Shown here: positions 46,184 through 57,567 of the stretch, in pieces
Position numbering within the stretch: position 1 is the stretch's first letter
Layout: each line of letters starts with the position of its first letter
DNA from: an uncultured Planctomycetota bacterium
GTDB lineage: Bacteria; Planctomycetota; Planctomycetia; Isosphaerales; Isosphaeraceae
Length of the DNA: 64,000 nucleotides
NCBI GenBank assembly: GCA_963845755.1
Contig: CAWJTV010000033.1
Coordinates: forward strand, 224,001-288,000
Direction of reading: 5' to 3'
Notes under the pieces: model-generated
What the model was told of the DNA's origin: nothing
The model's input: only the letters and a program-made list of their open reading frames with translations
The model's database searches: none
Program-made: the position numbers and the translations under genes

Positions 46184-46310
46184 CAAGCGAACCTCGCCCC
46201 GACCGCGAGTCGCTCGTTCTCCTCCCGGACGAGCGCCTTGCCGATACCGAAAGCGACGAACCGGAGTGTCAAGCCGATTTCGGGTCCGACCTCGCCGGGC
46301 AAGGTCGTTC
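46180..46310 (+). pseudogene. Probable N-terminal stub of the cognate kinase or anti-sigma
   Basis: ATGA overlap with the sigma; MTSEPRPDRESLVLL...ECQ, then an abrupt shift to AT-rich sequence. Confidence 0.45.
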
Positions 46311-46382
46311 TATGAGATTATTTGTTTTAACATACGATCACGAAAAACTAAACTGGCCGTGGTGGTGACCATCTGGAGTCGA

Positions 46383-49300
46383 TCAGTGGTAAGTCCTGGA
46401 GGGGCGAAAGCCGAAGTTCAGGTTGGCGGCCGAAGGGTCGTACACGATTCGCATCGCCGATCGGACGTGCGCCGGTCCGATGTAGAACGCCCCGCCCCGG
46501 AGGGGAGGATCGTCCTGGTGATCTATACGTCTTATTACGTCGATATTATCGATGATAAATAGATTACTGCCCGTGCGATATGGCAAGTACTGGTTGTGAC
46601 ACCACTCCCATACGTTCCCGAGCATGTCCGACAAGCCCAGATCGTTCGGGAATAGGCCCCCGCACATCCAGGCACGCTCCTTGATCTTGGCTTGAATCCC
46701 GGCATAGGCGTCGAGCAGGTCGATCGAGTCACCGTAATATCGGCTGGTGGCCGCACCCGCCCGGCAGGCGTATTCCCATTCCGCCTCGGTCGGGAGCCGA
46801 TAGCCGAGGAGCTTCAAGGCATCGGCCTTGACCCGCATTCCTTCGCCGTACTCGCCCTTCTCGTTCGGCTCGTAGCACTCGGGTAGGTTCTCTCTCCGGC
46901 TGAGCCAGTTGCAGTAGGCAGCCGCTTGGTACCAATTCACCGCGTTCATCGGGCCGTCCAGGTTGGAACTGAATCGGGCGGGATTCGCGGTACCGCCTCC
47001 TGGGTTATCGGCCACAAATGCTCGATACTCCCGGATCGTCACCTCCTGGACAGCGATGGCGAACCGGCGGGGGATGATGCGGCGGTGCAGGATCTCTTCG
47101 GAAGATCGCCCCGGCTCGCTCGGCGGCGAGCCCATGGCGAACTCGACGGGCCCCTCGATCACGGCGAACGTCTGCCCCTGGCTGTTGACGTACCACCGCC
47201 GTTGGCTCCAGTCCTTGACCTTCATCAACTCGGCATCCCGTTCCTTGAGCTCTCGCTGCCGCTTCCATTGCCGCAAGGTCCAGGCCGCTGCCCCGTGAAT
47301 GCCTGCATCCGGATCGTTGCGGTAGAGATCGAGTAGTTTGTCGATCAATGGCTCCCTCTCGCCGGGAGACAGCCCATCCGTCCCGTATGTCCCCAGCGCC
47401 AGGATCAGCGCCCGACGCATCGAGGTCTCGGGGTGGAAGAGGATTGCCTCCATGAGTTGCTGTCCCTCGGCGGGACTCGTCTGGGCGGAAGCAGGCAGAC
47501 GATTCAATTCGAACGCGATGGCGCTAGGGTCGGCCCCGAGCAGGCTGAGCCAGTTGACGATGAAGCTCCTCAGCCGGGGGTCGGCACTGTGCCGCAGCAA
47601 TGGCGTGATCTCGTCCGGTTTCCCCATGCGAAGGAGAGCAACCGCCGCCCGAGCCTGTCGTTCCGCCAGTCGGTCCCTGGCCTCCTCCGTGATCACCGGA
47701 CGGTGCCAGACCGAGGTGGTGATCGGCGTTCCCTCGAGGGAAGTCCGGGCGACCGAGAGAGCGACCATGCGGTAGCCCTGAACCACCAGTTCGCGGCAAC
47801 GCTGGAGATGAGCAGTCGGGTCGAGGCCAAGGACGGGACTTGTCTCGAACCGGAATTCGCCCGTCCAGACAGCGGCGTAGGAGCGGTCCAGGTGCCCTGC
47901 CTTCATGATGTCGGCGACTGCCGGTTGTTCTCGCAGGGCGTCGAGGTCGGCTTCCTCTTGCACTTGCCTGTAATCGGCGTAGCCATTCTCGATCGCCTTG
48001 CGAATCAAGGCGATGGCCCGATCCGAAAGCGACCGACTCCGCGCCGGGTCCTTCCGGGCAACAGCCTGAGATGCCAGGGCATAGGCACGGGCGGCATCAT
48101 ATTGCCGTTCGAAATTCTGGGGCTTTTCCTCGAGGGCAGCTTCGAGCCGCTCCAGCGCCTCGTCGGTTCCCTGTCCCAATTCCGCTGCCACGATGACCCT
48201 CAGGTAGAGCTTCCGGCTCTCGCTGACGTATTCTCTCTCGAACTTCTCCAGATCCGCCCTCGCCTGGTCCTTGTGACCCAGCCGGGCATGGGCGGTGGCA
48301 CGGAACTGATGGGCCTGGGTGTGTTGCGGCCAGCGCAGGATGACGGCATCGAGCTCGTGAATGGCCTTCTGGCCCTCGCCAAGCTGTAAGTGAGCCGACG
48401 CCCGTGCGAGTTGAGCGTAGATATCTTCAGGGTCCTCCTTGATGGCGGCTTCCGCCACTTGAAGGGCCAGGGCGGCACGCGCCTTCCTGCTGGTCTGCGG
48501 GGGTGCCGCTGTGAGATCGAGATCGATCAGGGAGCTAGACTGCTGAGCAACCACGCCGGGGAGTTGCGCTTCCGAAAGACCATACTGAAAGACAGACACG
48601 TCGGAGACTCCGATGGCCGTCTTGTGCCAGACCCCGGAGTAGCCCAGTTTGCCATCCGCTTGCTGCCAGGCATGCAATGTCATGGGGGCCAGCCCGGCGT
48701 TCTTGATTTGGTCTGCGAGCTTCGTGAATTCGGCGGCGGATGACGCCAGGACCATTCGTGCATCGTCATCGAGCCCTGTCCTCCGCGCCCACAGGGCGGC
48801 GAAGCGAGAGGTGGGTTTGCCCACCTGCCCCCCCGCAGCCAGATATCCGGCGACATCGGACGGAAGATATCCCTCCTTGCGATTCCGATCGTCATCCCGG
48901 CGAGTCTCGTCGGCTGTCTGATCGTGAGCCATTCGCCAGGGACGCCCATCTCGTATCCAGACCGCCGCCACCCGAAGGGTTTTGCCATCGGTATAGGGAC
49001 GGAACCGGGTCGGACGATAGCCCGACGGCCGAAGAACCTCGGCAACTTTGACGAACTCGTCCAGGGGCATTGTCTGGCAGAAGGCGAATCGTTCCGTGAG
49101 CATCCCCTGAACCGATTCGATCCTGGCGGTGAGTGTGGGGTCCGGCGTGGTCCAGTTGGGATCGAGGGGAGGGTCATTCCATGTGAGCGTGAGCTTCCTG
49201 GCCAGTTCAGCGTGGAGAAGCGGTGAGGTCAGCGCTTCGTGGTACTCGGCGATGGAGTAACACGCCGCATACGTCTGGGGGCCGGCATCCATGAGCACGT

Positions 49301-52300
49301 TCGCGACGTTCTGAAAGATTGCCCCGAAGGATGTCACGATGGGTGTCCGCGCCGGGCGGAGTGCGCCGAGCCATGCACGGAGAAACATGGGATTGACCCG
49401 GATCAGGGCTTGCGTCAACTTGCCACCCACCGACCCCCAGCGAGGGCTGGCGGCGTCGTAATCCGCCAGGGCACTCGCTACTGGAAGCAGGCTCACGTCG
49501 CCGGTTTGGTCTGAATCGAGCACCGACCACAGCTTCGGGACCAGGGTCGCCTGATGGGGTTTCAGGGCATCACGGAGCACAGGAAGTTCGCTGGGAGCGG
49601 CTTTGATCAGGCGGTTGAAGAGGTAATCCACCTGGGTTGCATCGACGGAGAGAAGAGCGAGGCTGGCATGAAGTTTCTGCCGTGAATCCTCCGAACTCTT
49701 TTCCAGTTCGTTCCTCAGCGCGGTGTCGACCCACTTACGATAATCCCGCATGGCACGCACGATGTCCGGGACCTGGAGGGTGTCCGCATCGAGAACACGT
49801 TGGACCAGACCGGCTGCGCGGGTGGCGCTCCGATTCTCGATGAACTGGCGACGACCGGCGATCCCGGCAAGAACTCCCGCACTCAGGAGAGCCAAGGTCA
49901 GGACACCTCGCACCCCATGCACACGCCCCGCCCGCGCCATCATCTTGCGTTGGGGATCGGTCCAGTCCCGTCTCTTGGTCAGCAACCAAATGTTCGCCCA
50001 TTCGAGGGCGGATGGCAGGTGACGGCTTTCGGGTTTGGCATTCCAGAAAGACGAGCGTTCCGCCAACCGAAGCTCCGCTCGACCTCGCCGGGTTTCCCTT
50101 TGCTTGCGGGTTAGCCAGTCCCGAAGTGAGTGGACCAGATAATCGTGAGTGAGCTGGTAATACGCGAAGGATGAAGGATGAAGAATGAAGGATGAATCGG
50201 AACCCGGATCGGCGGATTGCCGCCCAGAGGGTTCATCATTCATCCTTCCGCCTTCATCCTTTCCCGAAGCGTCGGTGGGTGTGATCAGGCGAAGCTCGGG
50301 ATCGAGGATGCGAATCAAGTCATCGAAGTCCTTGGGGCGGTTCCCATAGCCGGACACTGAGAGCAACTCCTGGCGGGATCTCAATTGCCCCTTGATGTCG
50401 GTGCCGGTCTCGGGAAGGAGCGCCTTCAACACCGTCTGGGCGGCTTTCTGGTGGAATCGATGCTCGGGAGGCGCGGTCGAGGCGCTGAAAGTCTCTTCCA
50501 GGAACGTGACACCGACACCCTCAGTGCCGCCGACTTCCTCCAGGGTGGAAGGAGCCCACGGTTTGCCTTTCATCATCTCGGCATAGAGCGCCAGGCGGAC
50601 GGAAACGACCTTGCCTTGTTCCGCAAGTCCATCCAAGGATCTCTTCAGGAATTCGTTCAGTTCGCTCGAGGTGTCCGACACTTTCTCGGGAACCTTGCCG
50701 AATGCCCGACCGAATGCCACCAGGACCTTTCGCGCGTGGTCCAGGTCGAAGAGATCGACGGCCGCCGAGTTCTCGCCTTCGAGGAGGCGGATCTCCAGAT
50801 TCTTCATCAACCGGGTCGCCGCCATCCAGAAATCATCCCTCACCATCACGACGGCCTGAACATGTTCGCCATCGCACTGACGAAGGGCGGCGATCAGTTC
50901 GCCATTCCCCTCACCTCGCCTGGCAAACAGCCATTGCTCGAACTGGTCCAGGATCACCAGCACCTTATGCTGAGACGGCAAGATGCGACCTTTTCGCAGT
51001 CTCGCCAGTGAATCAACCAGCCCCAATCCTCGGGGCAGTCTAGGACGAACCTTGCGTAGACCTCTGAGCAGCCGAGCCTCGGTCTCTTCTGGAGTCGCCT
51101 CGAGGTATACCGGAAGGACGTGCTTGCCGAGCCGGGGCAAGAGTCCCGCTCTGACCAGCGACGACTTGCCACAACCCGAGGGGCCGTAAATCAGGCCCAC
51201 CCGGAAAGTCAGATCGGGGTCGATCTGCTCGATTTTGCGCTTCCAGAATCGGATGCTTTCCGGCAGTCCATCCCGATCGCGAGGTCCGGGGAGAAGTTCC
51301 AGGAAAAAGTCGGCATCATCCTCGTCGAAGGCTCGCAGCCCCTTCGGGACGATCTTGACGGGTCGGTCGTCGGAATCGGTTTTCCGGGAGGTGGCCGGGA
51401 GGGGAGCGGACTCCAGACTTGATCCGGCCGTGCCGTTCGTCAGAGCCGTCAGGGCGCCCGCCGCGGCCTGGACGAACAAGCGTAGGTCTTCCGCCATGTC
51501 CTTGGCGGTACTGTACCGATCCGAAGCCCGCTTCGAGAGGGCCTTGAGGCAGATCCGTTCCAGTTCCTTGGGGATCGTGTCGTCGATCTGCCGAAGCGGG
51601 CGAGGCTCGACGGAAATGATCTGCTCCATGATCTCGAGCCGAAAATCACCTCGGAATGGTCGCTTTCCGGTCAACAACTCGTACAACACGACGCCCAGGC
51701 TGAAGATGTCGGATCGACCGTCAACCCGATGACCTTCGCCCCTGGCTTGCTCAGGACTCATGTAGGAGGGTGTGCCACCGAGTCCTCCACCTTTTCCGAA
51801 GTCCTCGTCTCGGAGGACCAGACCGAAATCGGCGATACAAGGCTTGCCCGATGCGTCGATCAGGATGTTGGCGGGCTTGATATCCCGGTGGACAAGCCCA
51901 TGAGTGTGGGCGTAATGCAATGCGTCGGCAATGGCTGGCAGCCAGTTCCGCCGAATCCCGGAAGGTCGGTCGAGCGTGTCCCATCCTGACCGCCAGATCG
52001 CTGCCTTCGACGAGCTTCGAGACGACGAACCAGATTCCGTCCTCCGTGCGACCCACGTCATGAACCGGCACGATATGGGGATGGTCGAGATTGGCGAGGA
52101 TCTTGGCTTCAAGGAGAAACGCTTCGGGATCCTCGATGTGGGTGGGCCGCTCGAGCTTCGGCACCTTGATGGCAACGAGGCGGGCCAGATCATTGTCGCG
52201 AGCACGATAGACCCGTCCGAACCCGCCCTCTCCCAACCTGCCAAGGATCGTGTAACGCCCGATCTTGTCGGGATCCCCAGACGGGAAACTACCCGAACCC

Positions 52301-52422
52301 TCGTTAGACAGTTGCGAGCCAGCGGTTCCCGACAGGCCGTTTGACTCATCCGAGGAGCCATCCAACGCCTCAGCAGGCGCCTGAGAGGCAGTCCAATTAG
52401 ACAGATTCTTCGTTTCACCCAT
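46383..52422 (-). CDS. Ser/Thr kinase - STAND NTPase - tandem repeats - TPR - FGE/CLec protein (frameshift near 51945)
   Basis: LGEGGFGRVY, HRDIKPAN, GPSGCGKSS, LDQFEQ, Y/F-AAVW repeats, TPRs, YRLPTEAEWEYACRAG and terminal GFRPSRTYH. Confidence 0.92.
50166..50262. repeat. Heptamer (GAAGGAT)n palindromic element, in-frame in the CDS
   Basis: gaaggatgaaggatgaagaatgaaggatgaa ... ttcatcattcatccttccgccttcatccttt. Confidence 0.8.
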
Positions 52423-52559
52423 TGTTCGATCCCTGACGACGATCGATCTCGTTGATGATTGTCGAGCAGGTCGATTATCTCATCCCCAGCCGGCACAAAG
52501 AAGTGCGGTCAACAATTGGCGGCCTCGGGGGGTGACTCCCATTCAGGCGCAGTATCAAG

Positions 52560-52910
52560 GGAACGAGGTGTAGGTTGCGTGACGGATCCGATCCCAAGGC
52601 TGGGCGACGATTACGGGGAATCGGTTCAAGTGTGCCCGATTCGTCGTCGCGATGTTGACGCGATCCCCCGACTGGACGGGGAGGGATGTTGTCCGGCAAG
52701 GATCGCCTCGGCGTCGAGGACATCGGGAGATGCGGTCGGGAGGCCCGACAGTCGGAGGAAGCCCCAGAACTCCACGGCCTTGATGATCGCGTCGGTCGGC
52801 GGGGTCAGGTATTTGAAACCACTACCAGGATCGAGAGCCCCCTGTTGTCCCCTTGAGCTCGTGTCGCAATGCAAGAAACTCGGCGTCCCGGATTCTCGGT
52901 CGGCGTGTAG
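52560..52910 (-). pseudogene. PIN-domain toxin remnant
   Basis: KYLTPPTDAIIKAVEFWGFLRLSGLPTASPDVLDAEAILAGQ, then IATTNRAHLNRF in another frame. Confidence 0.7.
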
Positions 52911-53121
52911 ACTGGTCGAGGCAAGAGATAGCCCGTCGGAGCTCCGATCCGCGCAGGTCTCCAGACTCCGCCGTCTGGCGGACCGAAGGTCCTCCGTCGG
53001 AGTTGAGAATGGAGACCTTCGGTCGGCCGAGTGGCAAGTTCCGGAGATCTTGCCACAACGGGTCGTGGATCGCGAATAAACCGGGAACGGATTCACGACC
53101 TGTTCCGCAAGTACGGAAACG

Positions 53122-54048
53122 CTACTGGATCTGCTGCCCTCCAACACACATCAGGGCAGGCGCGGCCTGACTCGTCTGCCCGGTAACAGGCGAGCTCGAC
53201 GTCCATGTGCTACCGCCGTCGCCGGAGGCGGTCACCTTCAGGTCGTTGCTGTTGTCATTGGATACATATGCTAGGACAAGGGAACCATTGACGTTGCAAA
53301 GGCTTGGAGCCATCTTGCTCGACTGCGTTCCCACCTTCACAGACGCGGTCCATGTGCTTCCGCCGTCGCTGGAAGTGGTCACTTTCAGGTCGTTGCTGCT
53401 GTCGTTGGCGACATACGCCAGGACCAGCCCCGGTCCGCCTCCAATCAGGGCGGGAGCCATCTTGCTCGACTGCGTTCCGACCTTCACGGACGACGTCCAT
53501 GTGCTTCCGCCGTCGCTGGAGGTAGTCACTTTCAGGTCGTTGCTGCTGTCGTTGGCGACATACGCCAGGACAAGCGTGCTTCCGACTATCACCAAGGCGG
53601 GAGCCATCTTGCTCGACTGCCCCCCCGTAACAGGCATGGATGAAGTCCAAGATCCGATTCCAGAATCCGATGTTGTGACGAGCAGTCGATTCGAGCCGTC
53701 ATTCGCGACATAGACCATGACGACTGCGCCGTCGCCATTATCGAGCACGGCAAGGGCAGGCACCAATTTGCTGGATTGGCCGCCGACGCCCTGGGGTGGC
53801 TCCCACGTCGTGCCATCGATTGAGATGGTCGTCATAAGGTCGTTGTTGTCGCTGTTTGCAACGTAGGCCACAACCGGACCATTTGCCGAATTGCAGACCG
53901 CTGGTCCGGTCTTGTTCGACTGCCCAGGGATCGCTGTGCTCGGGCTCCAAGGGCCAGTCGCCTCGGGGAAGCCTGAGAGCGTCCAGAGCAGGTCATTGCT
54001 GCTCTTTGCGAGGTAGAAGAGATATGTGCCAAAGGTAGTGGCTGCCAT
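53122..54048 (-). CDS. BNR/Asp-box repeat beta-propeller protein A (308 aa)
   Basis: Repeats of about 47 aa (SSKMAPAL...LVLAYVANDSSNDLKVTTSSDGGSTW); no signal peptide. Confidence 0.88.
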   Translation of the reverse strand: MAATTFGTYLFYLAKSSNDLLWTLSGFPEATGPWSPSTAIPGQSNKTGPAVCNSANGPVVAYVANSDNNDLMTTISIDGTTWEPPQGVGGQSSKLVPALAVLDNGDGAVVMVYVANDGSNRLLVTTSDSGIGSWTSSMPVTGGQSSKMAPALVIVGSTLVLAYVANDSSNDLKVTTSSDGGSTWTSSVKVGTQSSKMAPALIGGGPGLVLAYVANDSSNDLKVTTSSDGGSTWTASVKVGTQSSKMAPSLCNVNGSLVLAYVSNDNSNDLKVTASGDGGSTWTSSSPVTGQTSQAAPALMCVGGQQIQ

Positions 54049-54285
54049 GTACCGCTCCTGGAGTTGATGGGTCCGCTGCCCGGACGGAATCAGGCCCTTG
54101 CCGCCATCGCGTCGCGGCCTGCTCGCACGAGCAAAAAGAGAGTCGTCTATCAGTCATTACTCTCTTCACCGGAAAACCTATGACGGCTGAGTTCTTTTTC
54201 TTGATTCGATCTTCGGTTGTGGTTGGATTGTGCAGGCCTGCATCCGGACGAGGCGATCGAAGGCTCAGGCGCCCTCGGAGACGGT

Positions 54286-54372
54286 GCCCTTGCCCGCAGA
54301 CCACTCCTCACAGACCAGCGTCATCTTGCTGGTCCGGCTCCGACAGGACCCGAGGGATCAGGCGGCATGGAA
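54286..54372 (+). pseudogene. ECF sigma N-terminal stub
   Basis: PADHSSQTSVILLVRLRQDPRDQAAW aligns with REHSSRTSVTLLGRLRREPNDQAAW at 45581. Confidence 0.8.
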
Positions 54373-54424
54373 ACACCGAGCCTGCCTGCTCCGACGACGC
54401 GGCGCGCCCGTAGGTACGGAAACG

Positions 54425-55351
54425 CTACGTGATCACCTCCGGCGTAATACACATCAGGGCGGGCGCGGCCTGACTCGTCTGCCCAGTCACAGGCGAGCTC
54501 GATGTCCATGTGCTACCGCCGTCGCCGGACGTGGTCACTTTCAGGTCGTTGCTGTTGTCGTTAGCGACATACGCCAGGACGAGAGTACCTCCGAGGTTGC
54601 CAAGGCCGGGAGCCATCTTGCTCGACTGCGTTCCAACCTTCACGGACGATGTCCAGGTGCTACCGCCGTCGCTGGAGGTGGTCACTTTCAGGTCGTTGCT
54701 GCTGTCGTTGGCGACATACGCCAGGACAAGCGTGCTTCCGAACACCACCAGGGCGGGAGCCATCTTGCTCGACTGTGTTCCAACCTTCACGGACGATGTC
54801 CAGGTGCTACCGCCGTCGCTGGAGGTAGTCACTTTCAGGTCGTTGCTGCTGTCGTTGGCGACATATGCCAGGACAAGCGTATTACCGACAATCGCCAGGG
54901 CGGGAGCCATCTTGCTCGACTGCCCCCCCGTAACAGGCGTGGATGAAGTCCAGGATCCGCCTAGATTATTTCCTGTTGTGACGAGCAGTCGATTCGAGCT
55001 GTCGTTCGCGACATAGACCAAGACGACCGCGCCGTCGCCGTCATCGAGTACGGCAAGGGCGGGCACCAGCTTGCTGGATTGCCCGCTGACGGCCAGGGGC
55101 GGCGTCCAGGTCGTGCCTTCGGGTTGGGTGGTCGTCATAAGGTCGTTCTTGTCGCTGTTTGCAACGTAGGCCAAGAACGCTCCATTCGTCGTATTGCAAA
55201 CCGCTGGCCCGGTCTTGCTCGACTGCCCAGGGATCGCTGAGCTTGGGCCCCACGGGCCAGTCGCCTCGGGGGAAGTTGAGAGCGTCGAGAGCAGGTCATT
55301 GCTGCTCTTTGCGAGGTAGAAAAGATATGTATCAAAGATGACATTCGCCAT
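54425..55351 (-). CDS. BNR/Asp-box repeat beta-propeller protein B (308 aa), tandem paralogue of A
   Basis: Same length, same repeats and a near-identical 5' flank; AGGAG RBS. Confidence 0.88.
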   Translation of the reverse strand: MANVIFDTYLFYLAKSSNDLLSTLSTSPEATGPWGPSSAIPGQSSKTGPAVCNTTNGAFLAYVANSDKNDLMTTTQPEGTTWTPPLAVSGQSSKLVPALAVLDDGDGAVVLVYVANDSSNRLLVTTGNNLGGSWTSSTPVTGGQSSKMAPALAIVGNTLVLAYVANDSSNDLKVTTSSDGGSTWTSSVKVGTQSSKMAPALVVFGSTLVLAYVANDSSNDLKVTTSSDGGSTWTSSVKVGTQSSKMAPGLGNLGGTLVLAYVANDNSNDLKVTTSGDGGSTWTSSSPVTGQTSQAAPALMCITPEVIT

Positions 55352-55715
55352 GTGTCGCTCCTGGAGTTGATGGGTCCGCTGCCCGGACGGAATCAGGCCC
55401 TTGCCGCCATCGCGTCGCGGCCTGCTCGCACGAGCAAAAAAGTTATCTATCATTCATTACTCTATTTACCGGAAAACTTATGACGGTCGATTCTTTTCTC
55501 GATTCGATCTTCAGTTATGGTTGGATTGTCTATGCCTGCATCCGGAAGAGGCGATTGGAGGCTCAGGCGCCCCCGGAGTCGATTCCGTTGCCGGCGCACC
55601 CTGGCGGAGCCCGAAAAGGCTTCAAAGCCGGCCATCACCGGATCGATTGTTGGCGAGCGTGATCCCGGGTACGCGACGCGCGAGTTTCAGGACCGGCGGA
55701 CCGGGCCCGTGCTGT

Positions 55716-55826
55716 CAGAGTCTGTTCCGGAAGTCCGGTTCCGGGCGAGCGGGGGGCGAGCCCCCTGCTTCTCGGACTCCGGACAGGGGGCTGACGCCCC
55801 CCGCTCGCCTTTTGGAACAGACTTCA
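55716..55826. mobile_element. MITE-like element enclosing a REP doublet
   Basis: Outer agtctgttcc / ggaacagact; inner ggcgagcggggggcgagccccctg / cagggggctgacgcccccgctcgcc. Confidence 0.65.
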
Positions 55827-55871
55827 GTCAGCCGGTCTGATACCTCGTCACCTTCTCCTGATGGACGGTGT

Positions 55872-57233
55872 TCATGCCCGCGCGGTCTTGCCGCGACGGC
55901 GAGCCAGGTAGAGGCCCACACCCGCAATGCCGACAGCGAATAGGACCAGTGAGGTGGGCTCGGGAACGGCCCCGGCCGGCGTGAACTCCCACACAGTGCC
56001 GTTGCCGTAGGCGCCGTCGAACCGAGTCGTACCGAAGATGTCGCCATTATTGCCGAGAAGCACGCCGCTATACGGGTTGCCTCCGTTGGTGGTGCCGTTG
56101 AACGAAGCGAGGACGGTGATCGTGTCCGAACCCGCCACGATTTCGTACAACGTGCCATGGCCGTAGGCGCCGCCGAGGTAAGTCGCTCCGAAGAGGTCAC
56201 CCTGACTGTCGAGAACGACGCCTACGGGGAATTCGCCAGTCCCGGGCAGGAACGAAGCGAGAGTGGTGATGGTGTGTGAACCCGCCGCGATTTCATACGC
56301 CGTACCGTAGCCGTAGGCCCCGCCGTTGAAAGTCGTACCGAATAGGTTGCCCTGACTGTCGAGAACCACTGGGCCGTAGGGGTTGCCACCGGTCGTCGGG
56401 CCGTTGAACGAGGCGAGGGTGGTGATGGTGTGCGAACCCGCCGCGATCTCGAACACCGTACCGCTTGTTCTGGCACCCGTGCCGTAGGCGCCGCCTGTGC
56501 TCGTCGTCCCAAAGATGTTGCCTTGAGCATCGACAACCACGCCGCTGTTGGGGAGGCCTCCGCCTGTGGTGCCGTTGAACGAAGCGAGGGTGGTGATGGT
56601 GTGCGAACCCGCCGCGATTTCGTACACCGTGCCGTAGCCGCCGTTAATAGTCCCGAAGGTGCCGCCGTACGTCGTCGTGCCGAAGATGTCGCCGTGAGCG
56701 TCGAAAACCACGCCGCCCGCCGGGCTGCTGCTGGCCGTGGGGCTGTTGTCAAAAGAGGCGATCGGTGTGAGGGTGCTCGTACCGGCCGCGATGGTGTAGA
56801 CCATCCCGACTCCGTTGGCGCCTCCAGTGGTAACCGCGCTGTAGAGGTTACCCTGACCGTCGAGAACCACGCCGTTGTTGTACGGGCCGCTGAGGAGCTG
56901 CGAGCCGTAGAAGGTCTGGAGGGGAGTGATGGTGTTCGAACCGGCCGCGATCTTGTACACCGTGCCGATGCCGTTGACGCTGCCGCCGGCGGCAGTTGTA
57001 CCGTAAAGGTCGCCCTGACTATCGAAAACTACCCCGCTGCTCGGGCTGCCGCCGGTCGGGGAGTCGGTGGCGAAAGAGGCAATGGTGGTGATCGACTGCG
57101 CCTCGGCGCGATCGGTCAGACAGGCGTTCCCGATCAAGGCGACGATCAACGAAACAAAGACCGCCAACGATCCTCGTTGACGCGTTGGTGGTTCGATCCC
57201 ATTCGTGATCACGCTCTTTAGCTCCTGGTGCAT
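55872..57233 (-). CDS. PEP-CTERM protein with tandem GNLYGTT..GG....GTVYEI (GloVer-type) repeats
   Basis: Signal region, about 7 repeats, and AVPEPTSL with TM and basic tail. Confidence 0.9.
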   Translation of the reverse strand: MHQELKSVITNGIEPPTRQRGSLAVFVSLIVALIGNACLTDRAEAQSITTIASFATDSPTGGSPSSGVVFDSQGDLYGTTAAGGSVNGIGTVYKIAAGSNTITPLQTFYGSQLLSGPYNNGVVLDGQGNLYSAVTTGGANGVGMVYTIAAGTSTLTPIASFDNSPTASSSPAGGVVFDAHGDIFGTTTYGGTFGTINGGYGTVYEIAAGSHTITTLASFNGTTGGGLPNSGVVVDAQGNIFGTTSTGGAYGTGARTSGTVFEIAAGSHTITTLASFNGPTTGGNPYGPVVLDSQGNLFGTTFNGGAYGYGTAYEIAAGSHTITTLASFLPGTGEFPVGVVLDSQGDLFGATYLGGAYGHGTLYEIVAGSDTITVLASFNGTTNGGNPYSGVLLGNNGDIFGTTRFDGAYGNGTVWEFTPAGAVPEPTSLVLFAVGIAGVGLYLARRRGKTARA

Positions 57234-57567
57234 CGCTCGTTCGCTCCGAAAACGGTAAGAAAGGGCTTGGCGAGAGGCTTGGCGGCAGCCTCGACAAGGG
57301 CCAGTGCCTCGTCGGCGCGGTCCAGCCCCAGAAGCCAAGACACAACGCGGTTGCGCACCTTCGCTGTACCCCCGCACCAAAATTTCATTCACGACACCTT
57401 CGCCGCCAACTGGACGCGGCCTGCTCGCCCGAGCAAGCCGCCGCTCGTCTATGAGTCACTACTCGCGTCCCTCGAAAACCTAAGACGGCGGAAGTCCTTT
57501 TTTTGATTTCGGCTTCGGTTATGTTTTGATTCAGCAAGCTTGCATGAGGACGAGCCAATCGACCGCT

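Noticed and set aside
53200..54930. CRISPR-like constant/variable periodicity
   Set aside because: The period is about 141 nt, in-frame, and encodes Asp-box propeller blades.
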